This document shows, one piece after another, positions 43,301 through 52,600 of a DNA stretch of 64,000 bases. Origin of the DNA: Antedon mediterranea (lineage: Eukaryota; Animalia; Echinodermata); NCBI RefSeq assembly GCF_964355755.1, contig NC_092675.1, positions 7,621,812 through 7,685,811 on the forward strand, read 5' to 3'. The notes under the pieces are model-generated. The model did not search any database and had not been told where the DNA came from. It saw only the letters and a program-made list of their open reading frames with translations. Both the position numbers and the translations under genes were made by a program. Each line of letters starts with the position of its first letter. The first letter of the stretch is position 1.

Positions 43301-46300
43301 TGACAGGAATAAATGACACAAATAGTAGAACATGCTAATGACGATGAAGTGTGTTGATATACACTTGCACTGATGAAGGGCTAGTGTTGGCCGTAAGCTC
43401 TGCTAACTTTTCTGGCTGTTTTACTTTATCGTTTTGCTTTTCGCTTTTTTTTTTATATCTCCATTTAACCAGCCACTGATCCCACAGCATTGTAATTTTT
43501 TCAGTATTTTGCCTTTGGTTTTATACAAATATATATATATATATATATTATAAAGTAAATGGTCTCCCATAATTTTCTATGTCTCCTTTATAAATGGCAG
43601 AAGTGGTCCTGTTCAGTCTGAGTGAGTGAGTGGCCGAGCGGTTAAGACAGTGGAACCGTAATCACGTAGTCATAACATCGGCAGGGGTTCGAGGCTCACT
43701 CACTCCATGGTTCTGGTGGTAGAACGAGTCTTCTCGGATAAGGACTATAAACCGTAGGTCCAGTGTACACAACTTGCTCGTGTGCACTTTAAAGAACCTA
43801 GTACATCTTTCGAGACGAGTAGGGGGTTACCCGGGTGCATTAGTACATCACAGCCACTGATCACCAACTGGGCCCTCTGGGAGATCAGTCTTTGACTGAA
43901 GAGGTCACCCAGTATAAAGATAAAAAAAAAATAAAAAGACAGTGTTCCAACTATTCCATTTTCAGATGGGGTAGAAAGTTAAATGGAAACTCAACTGTAC
44001 TTCTTGAAACTATACTACTTTAAATGTTTGTATAAAAATGAATCAGTAGTTATTGTGTGAGACAATGATCCTCATTGCCAATTATATATATTTGGTGTTG
44101 ATAGGGTTCATTGCTAATTTTGTATAAATGGATTTAAGTATACAATTTTTACTTTTCCTGTTGAATAAAATGAAATAATGCAAATGAGATTTCAAAAACA
44201 AAAATCCTGATATTTGTTTTACTCGATGTGAAATTGATTGTATGTTTAAAAAAAAAATAAAAACGTCAAACAGTTCTTGATGAGTACGTACAAAATATGT
44301 TAATTTCATATAAGGCAATATTTCCGAATCAGAATATGCATGGTACACCTGCAACTGTACTGTAAAACACCTGCTGATAAAAAGCAATGACAAACAAATC
44401 GGAACACATAAACACACAACAATTTACATTACAAGTAGCAACACAGACAAAATATAGACAGATTACATAATAATCATACACTTATAAACCACTCAACATT
44501 TAAATTTTAAATGTTTTTTGTACATCCATATATGGGCTAAAAATATATAATTGAAGATTAAAAATTACATTTTTTATTAAAATTTTAATTTAAGCATCAA
44601 TATTCAAACATCAATATTGGTCTAATGAATGATATTCTAAAGCAAGAAGTCACATGTTGAAATCAAGCTAAAGACATTTATTAGATTGCGCAAAACAACA
44701 AAAAACTTTGATAGAAATTAGCGATTATCCCATCCTTTTTTCATTAAAAAATTATTTTTTTTATATTAATTTGCTTGTTCATTTTATATAAGTATTTTCT
44801 TTATGGTTATTTTTTTAAGGCTTCACAAGCAGTTCTACAAGAAATGAATGCATATGGTTAGAAGAATGCACTGGTAATTACATACACAATATAATGCCAT
44901 AATGTCATAACAATTTTTGATTAATTCCTAAAAACCATAATATTTAATATCGCAAATATTTAATCAACAGCTGTTGATGCTCACTTACCCTTGGAGACTC
45001 GTCCACAAGCAGAATTGAACACCGTTCACAGCGAAGAAGCGATATTGTTAGCTCCAGTATCCGACGCATTATGCTAGAGAGTGTACTCTGCTCTTCGAAT
45101 ATCACCCTTGCTAAATCAAGAAGAACCTAAAAAAGTACACAAAATAACATAACTAAAGCTCTGTCCACACTATAAACTTAATGTGACAACAAAATGTGAT
45201 GTGCCCATATATGGACATGTATAAGTATGTATATCACTACCATCACATTTTTTTGTCAAACTAGTTTGATAGTGTAGACAGGGCTGAATATGTATATCTT
45301 CTAATTTATCATTGTCATTATCAGCACTTTTAATGCTCTTTTTTATTTCAAAAAAATTTTGTTTTATAAATATGTGGCATTTAATTGCTTTTTTTTAATC
45401 ATTAGTATTGCAGTCAGGATTAGAACCCAGGCTTTTACAATTGGTAAACAGCCACCAAGCTACTGTGTCACTCTAATAACCGAGTAGAATCTTATATCTA
45501 CAACAATGCTACTGTCTAATTTAAGTAAGTTTCAAATTAATGATAATTGGTTGTTATTCCTCTCTTCTTAGTATAATTGCATTCAATAGAACTCCTCATA
45601 ATAGTGGCATCTCACCCATATTGAGGTAACACCCATATTGAGGGAAAACCCATATTGAGGTAACACCCATATTGAGGTAACACCCATATTGAGGTAACAC
45701 CCATATTGAGGTAACACCCATATTGAGGTAACACCCATATTGAGGTAACACCCATATTGAGGTAACACCCATATTGAGGTAACACCCATATTGAGGTAAC
45801 ACCCATATTGAGGTAGCACCCATATTGAGGTAACACCCATATTGAGGGAAAACTGTTTTGGTATTGAAAGTGTCCCATAAATAAGAGTTCTTAATACAGT
45901 AGTAGTACAGTACCTTGTTGCGTTTCACTTCCAGCATGGCACGCTGGTACAGACGAGCATTATTAATACCGATTCCACAAAACTGCAAGTATTGTTCAAA
46001 CACCTGTAAAGATAAAATAAGTTTCCATGTTTATTTGAATAAACACCTTGTTTTAAATACATGCCGCTCATTAATAAATGCTCCCCAACAAACCCCTCAG
46101 AAAAATTTCTTTAACAAATAAGCGCCCTTGAGTGTTTATCTGAATAAATATGGCAATAGTCATACAGTAAATCTTGTATAAAAATTGAGCAATTATAATT
46201 AAATACAAGGACACGTTGGATTATTACTTTTCAACATCCGTAAATATAATTGTTATCTGTAAACGTGACATCTAATACTCCGATGATAGTGCGCAATTAA

Positions 46301-46486
46301 ATATTTTTGAAAAAGTGAAAAACCACATGTTTATTGGTAATACTCTATTACTGTATGTCCACCATAAAACTTAAATTTTTGTGGTTAAGTACGGCTGCAA
46401 GCATGTAGGTAGGGGTCCGGGACCGCGACAGAACGAGAACGGATGGGGACCCTCTAAAGAAATTGCATTTTATTTGTCAGGCATTT

Positions 46487-46517
<31 letters not shown>

Positions 46518-46578
46518 GTTGATTTTTTTTTTAATGCGCCTTGAGCACTCTTGAGTGGAATGTGCGCTATAAAAATCC

Positions 46579-46614
<36 letters not shown>

Positions 46615-49600
46615 GTAATTCTTATATATAGATCAGCCAGTATTTATAATAATTTTTAATTTTCAAGTCTTTGTTGGGACCAGCTTCCCAGACCATTGAC
46701 AGATGCTTCAGTCCTAAAGCCCATAAAGTTCACCCTCATTTTGATTCACTTTAACTGTATTTTGTCTTTATGTCTTTTATGTGTAAACTGACTTTGGGGT
46801 TGGGTCAACCGGCTCAGCTACAGTGATTACGTTCACTTAGGTTGACGCTCTTCTCCCTAATTTCAGTTTTTTTTTGTTATGTACAGTACATACTGAAAAT
46901 GAAATAGACCGAATAAATAATGAAATAAAATGAAATGAGCATGACAGCGGTTAAGATGCAATGTTTAAATTATAAATGGGTAATAATTGTAAGTAATTAT
47001 GAGTATACGAACCCCTGTTAATGGGACACTTTAGTGGCTTAACAAAGTGCTCCTTAATAAGGGTGTCCACTGAATCTACTGTATCTACATAATGGTGCTA
47101 TTTTAAAAATAATTTTTAAATAATAAATTAATAAGACCATTATCTTAAACATGATTAAATAGAAACATTTCAGTTGCTTTTTCTGAAATTATTAAATGGC
47201 TTTTCTGGTGTATGTAATGATTTATGTTTAGCCCCTAGATATATTGGATTGGTAAGGTTGTTGCCCTGTAATTTCCTCTAATTATGCATTTGCATGGTTC
47301 TTTTTTTCTTTAAATTTGCATATTATTACTATACTCATGAGATTTTTCATCTTTATACAAACTACCTACTGTATGCTATTGAACTCTACCAAAGTGTACA
47401 GTAGGAACGTTGACAAAAGTCAAGTTACGATAGTTGCTTTCCATAATAATGTATGTGTTAGATAGGACAACACAGGACAAAATCAAAGAAAAGTACTGGT
47501 ATTTAACTGTAGAAATTTATCCTAGTTTAAAATTTTGTCAGACTTTGTGCAAGACGTTTTTTCTTTACAGTTTAGGCGTGGTCATTTTTTTTTTGGAGAG
47601 TCAGAACATAAATCAAAAGGACAGGACAATAAATCTAGTCTTTGAATATGATTGGCGGATATGTTTCAAGTTGTCAAAATGCTACATCAAGTAGGGCAGG
47701 TTTAAGCAAATAGAGTCGGCAAACAACGTTAGAAGACGGAGGTTTTACCTGTCAACAGACATGGTTGCCATTGGCTACAAGTCATATGCGTACAACATGT
47801 ACAGTATCTTGACATGACACATTCGACAATATTGAAGCAAAAAAATATATACTAATGGTGCGTACAACATAGCTAATAAATTTCTCAATGTTACTGAACA
47901 TAAAACTATGTTAATAAATTCTCAGATGTAGTAGGAAATAAAATAGGTAATTGAAAAGAAACCTATCCAATGTTTTATACATTTGTGTGTTAAATGTATA
48001 AAATGTGTACGGTATGTATAAAAAAAGATTATAATGTACATACATTATTGTTCAACAATATTTTGCCAATTTTAATTAATTTAAGATTCAATGACGTAAA
48101 TAGAAAATTTTTCTTTTAAAAATAAATTATTAATTCATAAATTTTCATTTTAGTTTGAACTCCCCACACAGGTTCTTTAAATAAAACATTAAAATAGACC
48201 ATCATGACAATAAGAATTTATTAAATACGTTAGTATCTAATTATAGAAACAAAAATTATCTAAGCTATGCTCCATTTAAAGTCATTATGACGAAATGTAG
48301 AGCTGATCTCATTCAGTCTTTGCAGCACTACCCTAGAAGCTACAGCATGGTGCTGCCAGTACAGCTCTGCCTTAATGATCCAATTCAATCTGTTTTTGCG
48401 AATTAATTACTATTATGAATACAATATTTTTCTTTTATAATTATCCAATAAAAAGTTTAAATTAAATTACTAATAGAATTCAATTGTGGGGGAATATTTA
48501 CATAGATCCTGCATTTAAAATTACTCTCACAATATGTGACAACACCTAACTTATTACCAAATGTTAATAATGGACAATCAATGGTGGAAATGGTTTTGAT
48601 AATAATATTAATATTTATATTATATTTTATTTTTAGAAACTTATTTTGTGTACCTAATTTTGTACAAGAAATATTTTAAATGAAAGAGAATGGTTCGTGA
48701 ACAAATTTTTAATTTTAGCCTAATTCCAAAATTTTGCTTTTACAAAAACAGGTCCTCTTTCAGTATATAGATGGTAAAGGATATGTACAGCCTTACCACA
48801 TTTAAACATCATTTCTTGTCACTTAAGTTATAAGCATTGTTTGGCCATGGTTATAGAGCTTGGATGGGTGACCATGTGGGAATATCAGGTGCTATATATG
48901 GAGCTGGGGCCCCATTATGCAATTAATACAAAACAGCAATGCTGACCCTTATGGCAGCCCCTGCATCTAGTAGTATCTGCCTCAGACCATGGAGAAAGTA
49001 ACTTACTATATTTCTCTGGACAGTCGGCATTGGACACTGGCATTGGACACTGGCACTGGTTGGTCCTATCATTATCAATGATTGATTCAAACAACAGTAA
49101 TAACAGAATTATCTATGTGAATCCTAATACTCAACAGACATGAAATGTACAGTATACTACTGATATCGGGACAGTGAACAGATTCAGCCACATTTCCTAC
49201 ACCTAATAATTTATATTTACTGTATATCAATTTAACACCAAAACAAAGTAATACAGTCGCTACACTTAATAACAATTATTTACTGTAATATCAATTTAAC
49301 ACCAAAACAAAGTAATACAGTCCCTACACTTAATAATAATTATTTACTGTAATATCAATTTAACACCAAAACAAAGTAATAGCAGGTTGAGATAGATTGT
49401 TGTATAAAGTCTACATGTAATACCAATACTCAATATACCCTTCACGTAACCTATGATGTTTACATAAGACCTTTCACATTAGACATTTCTATGTTTGCTT
49501 AACCGCTTTACGCCTCTATATAAAAGCAATAGACATGGCTTTGGCATTTTATATATCAACTCAAAATCTGTCAATCTTGTGTGAGCATTGTGAACGAATA

Positions 49601-52600
49601 AACTTATCAGTCAAGATGACCTATTCATTATTGTATATTTATATGGAAAAATATGCTTATGGTGTTTACAGCTACTATAGGATCTGATGCATATCAATAC
49701 ATAGGCCTACAGAATGACATTTTCAGTTGCAGTTTAATCTTCTAGCAACCAACCAATTGGGTAATTTTATTTTGAAAAAAAGCAACGGTTAACAACAGTT
49801 TATGTTCATCAGAAATGGGGGTAATTTATTCACACGGCCTATTACTCAGTTAACAGGCAGAAACAGGCAAAAAATAATTTGTTTTAAACTATTAAACCAG
49901 ATTTCTTGACATCAGGATTTGGCCTATGGATATACAATAAAATATCTACTTTGTACTCTATAAATTATTTAAAGGAAACAGTGCTATAAGCAGTCACAGA
50001 CAATTATGAATATATGCGTAAAGAGCTCTACCAATTTGATTATACAAAACATCTGAAGGCAATATAATCAGGTGATATTCCCATCGACTTCCCACGGGAC
50101 ACCGATACTCTTAACACAACACTTGGATATTAGGGAAAAATCATTTTCTGTTTAATTATCTTACGGCACCTAGGCAAGTGATAATGGATTCAAGGCATGG
50201 AGGGAAATCATGTTAGCATAGGATATTAACACTGTAGACTGTTTTGCAAAAAAACGATAATTAGTTACATCTAAAACATTCGGGCTCTATTGGTGCTTTA
50301 ACTGGCGCCTGTCCGCTTTGCACTTATATTATGTTGCAAACCTCAAACTGCAGAATTTACCTGGAATATACAAGTTGTTTTCGCACAAGTGGTGTGAATT
50401 CACAGTAATGCAAGAAAAAACATTATTACATCAATTCACTGAAGCTTACATTTAACACACAATGGACTCTACTTATTCAACCTAGGAATGCTTTTCTGCA
50501 AATCAGAAAAACTATCAACTTACAAACAACTAACTATCCAACTAATGTTTTCCAAACCCCTCAGTCATCCATGTGTAAGTTTTCAAATAGCTTGTGTTTA
50601 TGGGAAATCTTTAGGCAATTTGTAAAAATGAACGATAGATATGAATAAATCTGCTCACATTTCATCATGGTTAAAGACAAGACAAGCTTTTTTTTAGATT
50701 TTGATTGTTCTTTACAAAAACTACTTTGCTGCAGCTAAACACTAATGTAGCCTGGAAAAAAAACTAGGATACATCAAGGTGCAATGATGTCCCGCCTTAG
50801 CCATTAAGTTTGTGTTAAGCAAACAATTACTAAAAAAAATGCAAACAAGAAAATGAGAGACAAGGATAACCGATGTGTATACAAATCTGTGTCCCGAATG
50901 AATTGTTATGAAGATACGACAGTATACATTGGATGTATACAATGAACAGAACATTGCCAGAAGGTGACGACTTCAACTAGACGTGTTTAATCAAGAACAA
51001 AATGCAAACAACATACTATCGATCAAGGCATTGGCAAATTGTAAACATAGGTTTAATGAGCACCTCACAATTCTCCTTGAAAAAGAAATGTAGTAAGAAA
51101 TTTATTAAAAATGAAAAAAGAAAAATGAGATGTTATTATAAAGACAATGACAATTCAGATGAATCCTAATAGTGGAATCCTAAATACATGTGCTTTCAAA
51201 AGCAGATGACCATCTCAAAATATAATTAACCACAAGAGATCATTATAGTCTATTTATAATTATATGGCTTCCCTCAATTAGATAACAAATAAACCCAATC
51301 CAACAAACAAAAATAATTAGGAAAAAACACCTGATTAATTTGTTATTCAAAGAAAAGGCATAGAAAACTGGACAGGCATCCTGTACAGTGTAAGTAACTG
51401 GTAAATACAATGTAGCGTATTGATAAATTATACTCAATTTCGTGGCAGCAAAAACAGGACAAATTTTAAATTAGATGTCAAAATGGTGCCTTTGAGTCAA
51501 TTACCGATACATCTTGACTGTTTGATGAGCACATCACATTTTGGATGAAGTTTTTTTAACAAACCACTCCTTATTATATTAAATGGTTTTTTTTATGGGA
51601 ACTTGAAAAAAAATTTGAACAGAAATGCAGTCTAAAAAATATATTGTTTTAAAAATCATACAAATAAACAGTTTTTTTTTATTACAGCAGAAAAATTCTA
51701 AAGGCTTTTTTTTTTATTGTTTTCGCTTTATCAGTGGTGAAGCTGTGTGTTTATTACCTTTCTTTTCAAACAAACTTCAAACAACAATAAATATTTCTAA
51801 AACCACAACAATTCACTGCCATCAAATAATAGAGAATACAATTTTTCATATGCTACCAGAATCCCACCTGACGTTCAGTAATAGTTTTAATAATAAGGTT
51901 AAAAAACTTCTTTGAAAATTTGACAAGTAAATTAAGAAATTCTGGATTTCTGTCTTCTTACAAGTAAAGCTTCACTAACAATCAGCATGTCTATGGCCCG
52001 ATCTATATGCAAATAGTAATAAATGCAATTTATCTTCCGAGACTAGATAACCATAATACATGTGAATGCGAATGGATACATTTTACATTTGATCGTTGAC
52101 AAAATTGATCGTATATGAATTGATAGAGCATGCAAAATAGTAGTAGCCAATGGAAATTGAAATTATGATGCTGAATTAGTTTACAAGATGATTTCTAATC
52201 TATAATTTTCACTTTCATTAAAAAATATATGGTACAGTACAGTAGAGAATTAAAAAAAAATTTTTAATTTTGTTATACTAGCCAATTTGAAGGGGATTTA
52301 TTTAAAAATAATTTTCATTTTATTAAAGAACCAACAAATTCTAAAACAGATGACAGGTAATGCTATTAAATGTACAGAGAGCCCTCTAGAGGTTGTGTTC
52401 TCACTTCTATACAGTAGGTTTTCCTACTGTTGGTTTTCAACCCTGGATTTCCCCTTCAAGTTCATTTCATTTTCACAAGATGTCTGCGAAGTAGGACGGA
52501 GGAGCTACCAGTTCAAATTCCAAGCAATGCGTACACAGAACTCTGTCAGCTCTCTATCAACTGACCAGTAACCTGTCATGTAAGCTAAAGTCGTCGATTG

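Noticed and set aside
43620-43705. Functional tRNA gene
   Set aside because: A and B boxes are present but it runs into a SINE core and has diverged dispersed copies
45583-46003. 135-aa ORF as an alternative PDE C-terminus
   Set aside because: It is the 90-nt exon reading past a valid donor into the 17-bp minisatellite; nothing supports intron retention
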